This document shows positions 9,994 through 20,558 of a stretch of DNA of 64,000 nt, piece by piece. How positions within the stretch are numbered: the stretch's first letter is position 1; each line of letters starts with the position of its first letter. Position numbers and translations under genes: made by a program. The notes under the pieces were generated by a model that saw nothing but the letters and a program-made list of their open reading frames with translations, searched no databases and was not told the origin of the DNA. Origin of the DNA: Candidatus Magasanikbacteria bacterium GW2011_GWA2_56_11 (GTDB lineage: Bacteria > Patescibacteriota > Patescibacteriia > Magasanikbacterales > UBA922). The stretch covers positions 35,079 to 99,078 of the forward strand of contig LCRX01000006.1 in the NCBI GenBank assembly GCA_001004885.1, read 5' to 3'.

Positions 9994-10995
9994 ATGAAAA
10001 AACTTTTGTTCGGTTTTGTTTTCCTGATATTCATCGTCCTGTTCCTGTGGCTCGTCAGCGAGCACGTTGCCCTCTACCTCAGGGCGCGTGTCGCCAAAGA
10101 CCCGGCAGTGGCCGCGGCTTTCCTCGACGTCGGCCAGGGGGACGCCACTTTTATTGAGTTTCCGGATAAGCGGCAGATGCTCGTGGACTGCGGCCGCGAC
10201 GCCCGGGTGCTTGAAGCTCTCGGACGAGTGATGCGGTTTTACGACCGCACGATAGACTACCTGGTAGTTACGCATCCGGACAGTGATCATTACGCCGGCT
10301 GCATTGATGTCCTGCGCCGTTTCAATATCCGGACCATAGTGTACAACGGCGCGCCTAAAAGTTATGACGAATTATGGAATGTTTTCCGCGAGAGTCTAGA
10401 CCAGGAAGTGAAGGCCGGCGCTTTATACGAAGAAATCACCTCTGCCCGGACGGTCGAGATAGGCGGGGCGACTATCCGGTATTTGTATCCGGACCATCCT
10501 CTGTCCGCGGACCCGGCCATTCCGGGGACTAACGAGCGCGCCGACAACAATGGCTCGATCGTGTTCCGGCTTACCTACGGCGTCGGGAATATTCTTATGA
10601 CCGGGGATATGGAAGAGCCGTTGGAAAATTATTTGGTCAGGTTATCCGGAGAGTCGCTTGACTCCGAGGTCCTTAAGGCCGGCCACCACGGCAGCGGTTC
10701 TTCTTCCAGTGAAGTTTTGGTGTCGGCAGTTGCTCCCCGGATGGCGGTCGTTTCCGCCGGCAAAGACAATCCGTACGGACATCCGTCGCCGCGCGTGGTG
10801 AAGCGCCTTGAACGCGCCGGGGCCCGTGTTTTGAGGACGGACCGCGATCATGATATACTACTCGCGTTAACACGCGATTCAGTCTATGTCATCCGGCCCA
10901 AATCACCGCCAGCCGGCGCTAAGGCATTTAGCCGTTTTTTTAGTTTTCCTGGTCTCGGTATTTGGCGGGCCATCGGCCGCCTGGACCGCCTTTAA
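9994..10995 (+). CDS. ComEC-type metallo-beta-lactamase-fold nuclease (stand-alone)
   Basis: [40 protein letters not shown]. Confidence 0.9.
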   Translation: MKKLLFGFVFLIFIVLFLWLVSEHVALYLRARVAKDPAVAAAFLDVGQGDATFIEFPDKRQMLVDCGRDARVLEALGRVMRFYDRTIDYLVVTHPDSDHYAGCIDVLRRFNIRTIVYNGAPKSYDELWNVFRESLDQEVKAGALYEEITSARTVEIGGATIRYLYPDHPLSADPAIPGTNERADNNGSIVFRLTYGVGNILMTGDMEEPLENYLVRLSGESLDSEVLKAGHHGSGSSSSEVLVSAVAPRMAVVSAGKDNPYGHPSPRVVKRLERAGARVLRTDRDHDILLALTRDSVYVIRPKSPPAGAKAFSRFFSFPGLGIWRAIGRLDRL

Positions 10996-12214
10996 CTTTG
11001 TCGCCAACCAGGGCATTTGGCTCTCCGACGCCAAAGCCTTTGCCGGCGACAAGGTTAAATTGTACACCGTGGTCGTTAACAACGACTTCGCGGCGCTTTC
11101 GGCCAGTGTAAATTTTTATAATAATGACCAACTCATCGGCAGCGCCCAGGCCAATGATATCCAGTTCGAGCAGGCCCGCCAAGTCTGGGTAGAGTACCAG
11201 CTGCCGGCCGGCACGAGCCGGATTACCGCCAGCCTAAGCGACATAATCGTCAAAAAAAATAATGGGGAGCGCTCGCAAATCCCCAACGAAGAGGCAGCTG
11301 GTTCTTTGGCGGTTAAGGAGTTTCAGATAGACCTCGACACCGACGGCGACGAGGTCGGCAATATTCAAGACAGCGACGACGACAACGACGGCCTGGAGGA
11401 TGTCCGCGAACAGGAACTCGGCACGGATCCTCTCAAGATAGACACCGACGCCGACGGTCTGGCCGACGGCGACGAAGTTAGGCTGGCGTTGGATCCCAGG
11501 AAATCCGACACCGACGGCGACGGACGCACCGACAAAGAGGACTTGTTTCCGGCGGACAAAGACGAGTGGGCCGATGCCGACCAAGACGCTCAGGGCGACA
11601 ATGCCGACCCGGACGACGATAACGATAAGCTGCCGGACGCGGACGAAGCCGCGCTGGGCAGCGATCCCCATCAGGCAGATACCGACGGCGACGGTCTGGC
11701 CGACGGCGAGGAAAAAGAGAAGGGGAGCGACCCCACTAAATCAGACTCGGACGGCGACGGTATTAGTGACCCCGATGAAATCAAGGCCGGCACCAAGCCG
11801 GATCAGGCAGATACCGACGGCGACGGTCTCACGGATTTGGAGGAGAAGGAAGGCCGCACCAATCCCAATCAGCCCGATACCGACCTTGACGGCGTGTCCG
11901 ACGGCGACGAGGTCAAGCGCGGAACCGATCCTACCAACACTGACACCGACGGCGACGGAGTCGACGACCTTTCTGATCAGTTTCCGCTCGATCAACGCGA
12001 GGCGCGCGATACCGATCGGGACGGCAGCGGAGACAACGCCGATCCGGACGATGACAACGACAAGGTGAGTGACCAGGATGAAGAGTCGAGCGGCAGCGAC
12101 CCGGCCAAAATTGACACCGACGGCGACCAGTACCTTTATGTCGGCGCCAGTTTGTCTTTTTTGGCGTTTTTGGCCGTTGCCGCCCTGTATGCCAAGGGGC
12201 GCGGCCGGCAATAG
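10886..12214 (+). CDS. Membrane-anchored surface protein with thrombospondin type-3-like Ca-binding repeats
   Basis: N-terminal signal peptide, beta-rich domain, about 14 DxDxD(G) repeats, C-terminal TM helix plus basic tail. Confidence 0.8.
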   Translation: MSSGPNHRQPALRHLAVFLVFLVSVFGGPSAAWTAFNFVANQGIWLSDAKAFAGDKVKLYTVVVNNDFAALSASVNFYNNDQLIGSAQANDIQFEQARQVWVEYQLPAGTSRITASLSDIIVKKNNGERSQIPNEEAAGSLAVKEFQIDLDTDGDEVGNIQDSDDDNDGLEDVREQELGTDPLKIDTDADGLADGDEVRLALDPRKSDTDGDGRTDKEDLFPADKDEWADADQDAQGDNADPDDDNDKLPDADEAALGSDPHQADTDGDGLADGEEKEKGSDPTKSDSDGDGISDPDEIKAGTKPDQADTDGDGLTDLEEKEGRTNPNQPDTDLDGVSDGDEVKRGTDPTNTDTDGDGVDDLSDQFPLDQREARDTDRDGSGDNADPDDDNDKVSDQDEESSGSDPAKIDTDGDQYLYVGASLSFLAFLAVAALYAKGRGRQ

Positions 12215-12320
12215 ATGTATAAAGGATCGGCGATGTGGTATACTTTACGTTATTCGAAGTGAACTCCATTTCGGCACACCCCGGCCTTCGTTTGCGGCCG
12301 GTCGCATGACGATTTAAGTT

Positions 12321-13457
12321 ATGGGTATTTTCGGCCACAAGATAGAGTCCTACATTGGCGTCGATATCGGAGCCCACGGCGTCAAGCTGGTGGAGTTGAG
12401 AAAAAACAAAGGCCGGCCGCAGCTGTGGACCTATGGTTTGGTGGACAAGAATTTGGATATACACCTTTCCGCCGTCGGCGAGAGAGGCATACCGGAATTA
12501 CGCGCCGAGCAGACTGGGGGCGGGCGGTCAACTCCGGCCGAAGTTTTGCCGTCCACCCTCGAGACCGATGAGAGACGGATAGCCGAGTACGCTGAACTGC
12601 TCAAGGTAATAGTCAAAAAAGCCCGCGTAGAGGGCCGCCGGGCAGTCTCCAGCATTCCTGTATCTTCGGTTTTTCACACCGTAATCAACCTGCCGAAAGT
12701 GGAGCCCAAGGAGGTCGACGCCCTGGTGCGGGCCGAAGTGGCCAAGGTGTTGCCGCGGCCTCTCGAAGAGATGCAAGTGGTCCACCAGCCGGTACCGCTC
12801 GACAAAGAGGCCGAAAAAAAATATTTGCGGCTGCTCGTAACGGCAGCGCCAAAGAATTTCGTCGCTTTTTACACCTCTGTGTTCCGTCGCGCCGGCCTGG
12901 AACTTAGCGAACTCGAGACCGAAGCTTTCGCCCTCGCCCGGTCGCTAGTCGGCCGCGACCAGTCGGTTTCCATGCTTATTGACATCGGTGCCGAGAGGAC
13001 CAATTTTTCCATTATCGACCAGGGACTGCCCATGACCCAGCGCAGTCTCCAGATCGGCGGCAACAACATTGACGCTGTTTTGGCCGAGATACTGGGGTTG
13101 CCGATCGAGCCGGTGGGCAAGCTGGTGCACGACCTGTCCTATCTCCCTCCAGAGACTTTGCGCGCCGAACCGTTTGTGCGGCTCTTGGAGCCTATCGTCA
13201 AAGAGATACAGTATCATTTCGATCTCTACCTTCACCAAAGCGGCAATGAGGGCAAACGGCCCGAAAAAATTATTTTGACCGGCGGCGTGGCGCTTTTCCC
13301 GCCGGTTATGAGCTATATTAAACGATTTTTTCCCTTGCGCGTTTTCATCGGCGATCCTTGGGCCCGGGTGATTTACCAAGATAAACTAAAGACCATTATC
13401 GGCGAGCTCGGACCCAGAATGGCAGTGAGTATCGGGTTGGCGTTGCGTAATTTTTGA
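12321..13457 (+). CDS. pilM: Type IV pilus assembly protein PilM
   Basis: IGVDIG..GVKLVEL, LIDIGAERT, KIILTGG, AVSIGLALR. Confidence 0.9.
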   Translation: MGIFGHKIESYIGVDIGAHGVKLVELRKNKGRPQLWTYGLVDKNLDIHLSAVGERGIPELRAEQTGGGRSTPAEVLPSTLETDERRIAEYAELLKVIVKKARVEGRRAVSSIPVSSVFHTVINLPKVEPKEVDALVRAEVAKVLPRPLEEMQVVHQPVPLDKEAEKKYLRLLVTAAPKNFVAFYTSVFRRAGLELSELETEAFALARSLVGRDQSVSMLIDIGAERTNFSIIDQGLPMTQRSLQIGGNNIDAVLAEILGLPIEPVGKLVHDLSYLPPETLRAEPFVRLLEPIVKEIQYHFDLYLHQSGNEGKRPEKIILTGGVALFPPVMSYIKRFFPLRVFIGDPWARVIYQDKLKTIIGELGPRMAVSIGLALRNF

Positions 13458-13585
13458 GGGTCCGGGCGCGGCGGCATCTTGGCGGCCGACCGATCGTGGG
13501 CAAAGCGGGGTATTGAGTCTATCCACATCCAGAGTTAACATCCAGGAGGAATTTGAGTATACTAGAGGAAATTGTTTTTTATTCT

Positions 13586-13969
13586 ATGGCTGATAGCAAA
13601 CAAGTCCACGTGATGCTGGTTGAGGACGACATTTTTTTGGCTAACATATACAAGACTAAGTTCGAGATGGAAGGTTTCAAAGTAAGCACCGCGGACAACG
13701 GCGAGACAGGATTGGAAGAGGTCAAGAAAAAACGCCCGGACGTAGTGCTTTTAGACATCCTTTTGCCCAAAATGGACGGTTTCGCGGTCTTGAGCGCTCT
13801 TAAATCCGACCCGGAGTTAAAGGGCATCCCGGTTATCCTGCTTACGAATCTGGGACAGAAGGATGACGTCGACAAGGGCATCGAGCTCGGCGCGGTAGAC
13901 TATCTGATCAAGGCCCATTTCAAACCCTCGGAAACCGTAGAAAAAGTTAAACAGGCGCTTAAGCGGTAA
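13586..13969 (+). CDS. Single-domain response regulator (CheY-like)
   Basis: LVEDD, PDVVLLDILLPKMDG, LLTN, DYLIK; start placed at ATG 13586. Confidence 0.9.
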   Translation: MADSKQVHVMLVEDDIFLANIYKTKFEMEGFKVSTADNGETGLEEVKKKRPDVVLLDILLPKMDGFAVLSALKSDPELKGIPVILLTNLGQKDDVDKGIELGAVDYLIKAHFKPSETVEKVKQALKR

Positions 13970-14028
13970 CTCTGGGTTTTCCCAAGCACACAGCCGGAAT
14001 AATCCTTACCCTGAAGGGAGGTGATAAG

Positions 14029-14466
14029 ATGAACAAGAAAGGTTTTACATTGATCGAGCTTTTGGTGGTCATTGCCATTATCGCCCTGTTATCCACGCTG
14101 GCGGTGGTAGCGTTGGGTTCGGCGCGTAAAAAGGCTAATGATGCGAAACGGTTGTCGGACGTAAAACAAATGCAGACCGCTCTCGAGTTGTTTTATACGG
14201 ACAAGAATACCTACCCGACGACGACCGCTTCGGGAATTACACTTGGTGCGGGTAGCGCTGCTTGTCTCAACGGCGGCGGTTTTGCAGCCACAGGTTGTGC
14301 CAACGCCTATATGGGACAGGTGCCGGAAGATCCGGGGAGCACCGATTACACCTATACCTCCACTGACGGTACTAGTTACACGATTACCGCGACCCTCGAG
14401 TCCGGTGCCGGCAATTTGAGTGCCGGAGGCGTCGAAGCGAGCCCGTCGGGCATCAAGAACCAGTAA
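14029..14466 (+). CDS. Type IV pilin / GspG-like pseudopilin
   Basis: Prepilin motif KKG|FTLIELLVVIAII; SD GGAGGTG upstream; C-terminal Cys pair. Confidence 0.93.
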   Translation: MNKKGFTLIELLVVIAIIALLSTLAVVALGSARKKANDAKRLSDVKQMQTALELFYTDKNTYPTTTASGITLGAGSAACLNGGGFAATGCANAYMGQVPEDPGSTDYTYTSTDGTSYTITATLESGAGNLSAGGVEASPSGIKNQ

Positions 14467-14476
14467 CGCGATTCTA

Positions 14477-14502
14477 AAAAATGTCCCGATCGGGGCATTT
14501 TT
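14477..14502 (+). terminator. Intrinsic terminator after the pilin gene
   Basis: AAAAATGTCCC-gatc-GGGGCATTTTT. Confidence 0.7.
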
Positions 14503-14527
14503 TAGTGGCGCCAATTGTGCTATACTT

Positions 14528-14732
14528 AGAACCTGCTTGAACTCGCAGCGAGCCCCCTTCGCCTCAAACAGAGACTGGTTTTCACGGCCCCAAAACTCGC
14601 TCTTACAGGCTCAGACATTGGTGCCGCGAAAATCAGTCTATGTTTCGGCTCGACTTAGGAGAGAATTGCTAATAACTTAGTATCAGTTCCTTCCAAAAAA
14701 GAGACGGAAGTCATTTTTTAAAAGCAGGTTCT
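14528..14732. mobile_element. MITE-like non-autonomous element (205 bp) carrying the dispersed palindromic repeat
   Basis: 11-bp terminal inverted repeat AGAACCTGCTT / AAGCAGGTTCT; core 14539-14688 recurs at 18240-18390. Confidence 0.55.
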
Positions 14733-14808
14733 GGTTAGATTTGGGAATTTATCGCCAAATATCCGCCAAATTGCCCTGGAATTTTTTTGGCAGACGTTCT
14801 AAATATAT

Positions 14809-15582
14809 ATGGCAGTTATGCCGGTTATAATTTTTTTTCTTGGCCTGGCTTTTGGCAGTTTTTTGAACGCGCTCGAGTGGCGGCTGGCGCATGGCTGGTC
14901 CGTTTTTCAGGGCCGTTCGCAATGCACCCGGTGCGCCCGGCGGCTCGCCTGGTGGGAGAACATGCCGGTGGTGAGTTTTTTGCTGCTTCGGGGCAGGTGC
15001 CGGAGTTGCCGGCAGCCCATTTCCCTCCAGTATCCTCTGGTGGAATTGATTGTGGCCGCTCTCTGGGTGTTTTCATGGTATCGGGCCGGAGAGCCGGCCG
15101 TGGCCTCTTTGGAGTTTGTCGGGGCGGCGCGGGCGGCAGTAATCGTCTGGCTGTCCGTATTTCTCTTTGTTTACGATTTAAAACACCAGGAGGTGCCTGA
15201 CGGTCCGGTATTAGGCGGGGCGCTGGTCATTTTTTTGCTGGCCCTGGTTACCGGCGAGCCTTCTTGGGGGGTCATGCTGATTGGCGCCGCTGCCGGCGCC
15301 GGCTTTTTTCTTTGGCAATATCTGCTGTCCCGAGGCCGCTGGATTGGCGGCGGCGATGTCCGTATCGGACTTTTTATCGGTCTGGCCGTCGGCTGGCCCA
15401 TGGTAGTCTTTGCCCTCATGGCCGCCTATATTATCGGCGCGGTCGTCAGTGTGGTCCTCGTCTCCTGGCGTCTCCAGTCGTTCTCCGGCCGCACTCCTTT
15501 CGGTACTTACTTGTCATTAGCCTTGCTTTTGGCCCTTTGGTTTGGCCCCGGCATTGTCGGCTGGTACCTCTCCCTTTTTTAG
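14809..15582 (+). CDS. pilD: Prepilin peptidase (A24)
   Basis: GSFLN, RSQCTRC...RGRCRSC zinc motifs, YDLKH, GGGDV, PFGTYL. Confidence 0.92.
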   Translation: MAVMPVIIFFLGLAFGSFLNALEWRLAHGWSVFQGRSQCTRCARRLAWWENMPVVSFLLLRGRCRSCRQPISLQYPLVELIVAALWVFSWYRAGEPAVASLEFVGAARAAVIVWLSVFLFVYDLKHQEVPDGPVLGGALVIFLLALVTGEPSWGVMLIGAAAGAGFFLWQYLLSRGRWIGGGDVRIGLFIGLAVGWPMVVFALMAAYIIGAVVSVVLVSWRLQSFSGRTPFGTYLSLALLLALWFGPGIVGWYLSLF

Positions 15583-15643
15583 GGGCCGGCATCGGGCGGC
15601 TATTTGGCCACCCGGTTTTGTGCACATCAATTATTAAAAATCC

Positions 15644-15672
15644 TTGACGCTCAAGACAAAATCCGGTATTAT
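15644..15672 (+). promoter_or_regulatory. Sigma70-type promoter of the atp operon
   Basis: TTGACG-17nt-TATTAT. Confidence 0.6.
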
Positions 15673-15705
15673 ACTGGCGTTTTATATCTTTCTTTACAGC
15701 CTCGT

Positions 15706-15984
15706 ATGCCGCTCCTCACCAGCCCGAAAGACCGACGTTTTGCGCTTTTGGGGCTGCGCATAACCGGGGATTTCGGCGCCACGATCGCTGTACCGATAGT
15801 TGGTTTCGTTCTGGCCGGACAGTGGCTCGACAAGCGGTACGCGGCCGGACCGTGGTTCACGATTGCTGCTTTTCTGCTTTCGGCACTTCTTTCCGGTCGG
15901 ATGATTTACCGCAAGGCGAAAGCTTACGGCCGGGAATACCAGGCGCTTCTTAACGAGAAGGACGATCAAAAACCGCTGCGTTGA
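15706..15984 (+). CDS. AtpZ/AtpI family membrane protein
   Basis: G.TIAVPIV...GQWLDK....PWF; first gene of the atp operon. Confidence 0.8.
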   Translation: MPLLTSPKDRRFALLGLRITGDFGATIAVPIVGFVLAGQWLDKRYAAGPWFTIAAFLLSALLSGRMIYRKAKAYGREYQALLNEKDDQKPLR

Positions 15985-16012
15985 ACGAAGGTATCATTGA
16001 AACAGATAAATT

Positions 16013-16798
16013 ATGGCCGAGATTCACATTCCGACTCTGGCTCCCGAAGTGCTGGCGCATGTGGGGCCAGTGGCTATCACCAACACCATGGTCAATACCT
16101 GGCTGGCGTTGGTGATATTCGCGGTGCTCGGCGTCATAATTACGCGGCAGGCCAGCTTGCGGCCCGGCAAGCTTCAAAACGGGGCGGAATACATTTTGGA
16201 ACAGCTCCTGGGTTATTTTGACCAGGTAACCGGCGACCCGGCCAAGACGCGGCGGTTTCTTCCCCTCGTCGGTTCGATTTTCTTTTTTATCCTGCTCTCA
16301 AATTGGCTGGGACTCTTGCCGGGAACCGGCAGCCTTTCGTACGGACACAGTTTTGTCCTGCGGCCGGCCAATACCGATCTTAATTTGACGCTGGCCATGG
16401 CCTTGACTTCGGTGGCCGCTTCGCATCTGTTCGGCTTTATCACCGTCGGATTTTTTAGCCACGCCGGTAAATTTTTTCAAATCAAAGGCATCTTCCGGAG
16501 TTTGACCAAAGGGCCGGTCGCTATCTTTACCGCTGTCATTGAGTTTATGGTCGGACTGATCGAAATTGTGAGCGAAGCCGCCAAAGTCTTGTCGCTGTCC
16601 CTGCGGTTGTTCGGCAACATTTTTGCCGGCGAGGTGCTTATTTCCGTCATCAGCGCCTTGGTAACGGCTTTGGTTCCGACGCCGTTTATGCTTTTGGAAC
16701 TGCTGGTTGGCCTGATTCAGGCTTCGGTTTTCGCCATGTTGACACTGGTGTATCTGACTGTCGCGAGCGAGGCGCCGCACGGGTCGGAGGAGCATTAG
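16013..16798 (+). CDS. atpB: F0 ATP synthase subunit a
   Basis: SNWLGLLPG, LSLSLRLFGNIFAGE, IQASVF. Confidence 0.96.
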   Translation: MAEIHIPTLAPEVLAHVGPVAITNTMVNTWLALVIFAVLGVIITRQASLRPGKLQNGAEYILEQLLGYFDQVTGDPAKTRRFLPLVGSIFFFILLSNWLGLLPGTGSLSYGHSFVLRPANTDLNLTLAMALTSVAASHLFGFITVGFFSHAGKFFQIKGIFRSLTKGPVAIFTAVIEFMVGLIEIVSEAAKVLSLSLRLFGNIFAGEVLISVISALVTALVPTPFMLLELLVGLIQASVFAMLTLVYLTVASEAPHGSEEH

Positions 16799-16904
16799 AC
16801 CGAGTTCTACTTAACGGTTCAGGGACAACAGCCGGCCAAGCCCGGACGCTGTCCCTGAACGGTTGGGCAGAATAAATTATTAATTGATACCGCCGCGAGG
16901 CTAA

Positions 16905-17180
<276 letters not shown>

Positions 17181-17254
17181 ACCGACTCTGTCCCGTAGCC
17201 GTGCTAGGGGACAGGTCTCGGATAATTTCACTTTTTGCCTTTTACTAACATTCT

Positions 17255-17824
17255 ATGAGTGCCGTTACTGAAATCGCCGTGACCGAATCGGCTCCGGTGG
17301 CCGAGCTATCCGAAACCACCGCGGCCGAGGGCGGAGTGGCCGCTTCGCTCGGGCTTAACGCCCAGCTGTTTGGCTGGCAATTATTGAATTTTGCCGTGGT
17401 CGCGCTAATCGTGTGGTTCCTCATCCTCAAGCCGCTGGCCAAAAAAATGGAAGAGCGCCGGAAGATAATCGACGACAGTCTGGATCAGGCGCGCGAGATC
17501 GAAACCCGGCACGCCCTAAGTCGGGAGCAGTACCAGACAGCGGTGGCCGAGGCCAAGGCCGAGGCCAACCGGATAGTCGCCTCGGCGCACGACGAAGCGG
17601 CGGCGCTTGCCGGCCAGATGAAAGGCGAGACTAAGAAAGAGATCGACGTTCTGGTATCCCAGGCCAAGAAAAATATCGAGCTTGACCGCCAGAATATGCA
17701 GCAGGAAGTAAAAAAAGAGATAGTGGACGTGGTGATCGCGGCCGTGGAAAAAATTCTCGAAGAGAAGCTCGACGAGAAAGAAGACCGTAAACTCGTCGAA
17801 GGGGCCCTTAAAAGCATCAAATAA
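17255..17824 (+). CDS. atpF: F0 ATP synthase subunit b
   Basis: QLLNF...KPL.K.MEER, then coiled coil; operon position. Confidence 0.93.
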   Translation: MSAVTEIAVTESAPVAELSETTAAEGGVAASLGLNAQLFGWQLLNFAVVALIVWFLILKPLAKKMEERRKIIDDSLDQAREIETRHALSREQYQTAVAEAKAEANRIVASAHDEAAALAGQMKGETKKEIDVLVSQAKKNIELDRQNMQQEVKKEIVDVVIAAVEKILEEKLDEKEDRKLVEGALKSIK

Positions 17825-17832
17825 CCATTGCT

Positions 17833-18225
17833 ATGCGCAAATTATTGCCGCGCCATTTCGGGAAAATGCTCTACCAGCTTACGCGGGATCTTCCGGAAAA
17901 AGAACTGGACCAGGCGGTGGCAGAGTTCGTGAAATTTATGGCGCGGCACCGGGCTTTTCGCCGCCTGGATCGCATTATCGCGGCTTACGAGGTCTACGCT
18001 CGGGAGCAGGACGGTGCCGAGGATATTACCCTCGTGAGCGCCCGCCCCTTACCCGAGGCGCTGGCCGCGAAAGTAGTCAGCCATTTTGGCCGCGGGGGCA
18101 AGATTGAAACGATTGTGGACGAAACCCTTATCGGCGGACTGATAGTCAAAACCCGCCGCCGCGTTCTCGACGCCAGCGTCAAAACGCAGTTGCGCGGTCT
18201 TAAAAACGACATGTTGGCGGATTGA
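17833..18225 (+). CDS. atpH: F1 ATP synthase subunit delta (short form)
   Basis: VDETLIGGLIVK...LDASVKTQL. Confidence 0.88.
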   Translation: MRKLLPRHFGKMLYQLTRDLPEKELDQAVAEFVKFMARHRAFRRLDRIIAAYEVYAREQDGAEDITLVSARPLPEALAAKVVSHFGRGGKIETIVDETLIGGLIVKTRRRVLDASVKTQLRGLKNDMLAD

Positions 18226-18239
18226 CCCGCTGTTTTACA

Positions 18240-18390
18240 GAACTCACAGCGAGCCCCCTTCGCCGAAACATAGACTGATTTTCGCGGCGCCAAAACTCGC
18301 TCTTGTGGGCTCAGACATTGGTGCCGCGAAAATCAGTCTATGTTTCGGCTCAACTTAGAGAAGAGAATTGCTAATAACTCACTATCAGTT
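18240..18390. repeat. Dispersed ~150-bp palindromic repeat, second copy, inside the atp operon
   Basis: Highly similar to 14539-14688; 32-bp inverted repeat 18262-18293 / 18318-18349. Confidence 0.85.
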
Positions 18391-18423
18391 TACACTTAAT
18401 TCAGGCAAGTTTGTTCACCGCGT

Positions 18424-19917
18424 ATGTCTTACACTGATCAGGTTATCACTTCTCTCAAAAAAAACGTGGCTTCGTTCGAGAAGCGCGTGGATGTCTCCGA
18501 GGTTGGCACCGTTATTGAAGTCGGCGACGGCATCGCCCGCATGGACGGCCTGGATAAATGCCAGGCGCTCGAGATGCTTGAATTCCCCGGCGGAATTTTC
18601 GGTATTGCCCTCAACCTGGAAGAGGAAACCGTCGGCGCGATTATTTTGGGCGACTTCAAAAAAATTAAAGAAGGCGACAGCGTTAAGCGCACCGGCCGCA
18701 TTATGTCCATCCCGGTAGGCGAGGCGATGATCGGACGCGTGGTCAATTCTCTCGGCGAAGCGGTTGACGGCCGGGGAAAAATCAAGACAGAAACTCTCTA
18801 TCCGCTTGAACGCGTGGCGCCGGGCGTGATTACCCGCGAGCCGGTGAACCGGCCGCTGCAGACCGGCATCAAGGCCATAGACGCCCTCATACCCATCGGC
18901 CGCGGCCAGCGCGAGCTTATTATCGGCGACCGCCAGACCGGGAAAACCGCCGTGGCCATAGACGCTATTATCAACCAAAAAGGCCAAAACGTGATCTGCG
19001 TCTATGTGGCTGTCGGGCAGAAAGAATCAAAGGTGGCCCGCGTGGTGGCCAAGCTCAAAGAGGCCGGCGCCATGGAGTACACGACGGTCTTTATCGCCGG
19101 CGCCTCCGAACCGGCCCCGATGTCTTATCTGGCCCCGTACGCCGGTGTCTCTCTCGCCGAGTACTTTGCCGACAAGGGCAAGGACGTACTCATAATTTAC
19201 GATGATTTGACCAAGCAGGCCTGGGCCTACCGCGAGATGTCCCTTTTGCTCCGCCGGCCGCCGGGACGCGAGGCTTATCCGGGCGATGTTTTCTATCTCC
19301 ACTCCCGTCTTTTGGAGCGCGCCTGCAATCTGAACAAAGAGCATGGTGGCGGCTCCATCACCGCGCTGCCCATTATCGAGACGCAGGCCGGAGATATCAG
19401 CGCCTATATTCCGACCAACGTTATCTCGATCACCGACGGCCAGATTTTTCTGGAAACTGAATTGTTTTACCGCGGCATCCGCCCGGCCTTGAACGTCGGT
19501 TTGTCCGTCTCGCGCGTCGGCGGTTCTGCCCAAATTAAACCCATGAAAAAAGTGGCCGGTAGCATGAAGCTCGCGCTGGCCCAATTCCGCGAACTGGAAG
19601 CGTTCGCGCAATTTTCTAGTGATCTTGATCCAGAAACCAAAAAGCAAATTGAGCGTGGTCGTCGTATTACCGAACTCCTCAAACAGCCGCAATATTCACC
19701 CATGCCGGTGGCGTCGCAGGTAATGATTATTTACGCCGTGAACAATGGTTTCTTTGATAGTACCGAAATCAGCGCTATTACCGAAAAGCAAAACGCGTTT
19801 GTGGAATTTATGAGTTCGGCGAAGAGCGCGCTATTAGATAAAATTAGTGCCGGTGAATGGAATGAAGAAACGGAAAAAACGATCGCATCATCTTGCGAAG
19901 AATTTTTTACTAAATAA
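18424..19917 (+). CDS. atpA: F1 ATP synthase subunit alpha
   Basis: [23 protein letters not shown]. Confidence 0.98.
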   Translation: MSYTDQVITSLKKNVASFEKRVDVSEVGTVIEVGDGIARMDGLDKCQALEMLEFPGGIFGIALNLEEETVGAIILGDFKKIKEGDSVKRTGRIMSIPVGEAMIGRVVNSLGEAVDGRGKIKTETLYPLERVAPGVITREPVNRPLQTGIKAIDALIPIGRGQRELIIGDRQTGKTAVAIDAIINQKGQNVICVYVAVGQKESKVARVVAKLKEAGAMEYTTVFIAGASEPAPMSYLAPYAGVSLAEYFADKGKDVLIIYDDLTKQAWAYREMSLLLRRPPGREAYPGDVFYLHSRLLERACNLNKEHGGGSITALPIIETQAGDISAYIPTNVISITDGQIFLETELFYRGIRPALNVGLSVSRVGGSAQIKPMKKVAGSMKLALAQFRELEAFAQFSSDLDPETKKQIERGRRITELLKQPQYSPMPVASQVMIIYAVNNGFFDSTEISAITEKQNAFVEFMSSAKSALLDKISAGEWNEETEKTIASSCEEFFTK

Positions 19918-19926
19918 TTAAATTAT

Positions 19927-20550
19927 ATGGGAGAATTTGAAAGAACTCCACGCTCCCTAGAACAAGTATTAAGTGAACGAGGTTTGACCATTGACCCTAT
20001 CGCGGCAGTTCCTGACCATATAACTATCAGACCCCTTGCTAAGGAACTACAAGTGAAAGCTAAAATTGATGTCCTCGGAATTGCTACTGTTGTTTTCTTT
20101 GAAAATCCAGAAGAGGCGGGAAAATTTATGGCAGTCTGGTGCTTCAATGGAGAAGAAACAACGAGAAAATATGGCAATAGGATTGACGTAGAAGCAGAAG
20201 TGGCGGAGTCAATTGAACTTAATTTGCGCAGTGAAAAAGAAAAAAACGAAGCTGTTGTCGAATTATATTCATTAGTTAATAGATACGGCGGCTCTATAAA
20301 GGAAATTCGTGAATTCCCCGCAGATTTAGATGGCACGGGTTCATTTTATATGAAACCTTCAGATTTTGGTCCCGAAGGCCGTACTGTTTTAAGGATGGAT
20401 TTTCCACACGGGATAACGATTTTGTCCTTGCCAGTTTCTGGTCGCGAATTGTATGTCGGTCTTTTTAAGAACGGAAAGTATCAGGGCGGAAATGGAGATT
20501 TTTCGGTTCACGAAATAGAGTCTAATATCAGAATTCTAAACGAAGGATAA
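19927..20550 (+). CDS. Hypothetical AT-rich protein inserted in the atp operon
   Basis: 207-aa ORF that fills the atpA-atpG gap, co-directional; no recognised motif. Confidence 0.7.
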   Translation: MGEFERTPRSLEQVLSERGLTIDPIAAVPDHITIRPLAKELQVKAKIDVLGIATVVFFENPEEAGKFMAVWCFNGEETTRKYGNRIDVEAEVAESIELNLRSEKEKNEAVVELYSLVNRYGGSIKEIREFPADLDGTGSFYMKPSDFGPEGRTVLRMDFPHGITILSLPVSGRELYVGLFKNGKYQGGNGDFSVHEIESNIRILNEG

Positions 20551-20558
20551 ATGGTTAT

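Noticed and set aside
11330-12130. CRISPR array or DNA tandem repeat
   Set aside because: The recurring GACACCGACGGCGACGG units are in-frame codons for DTDGDG protein repeats with synonymous variation; no cas genes
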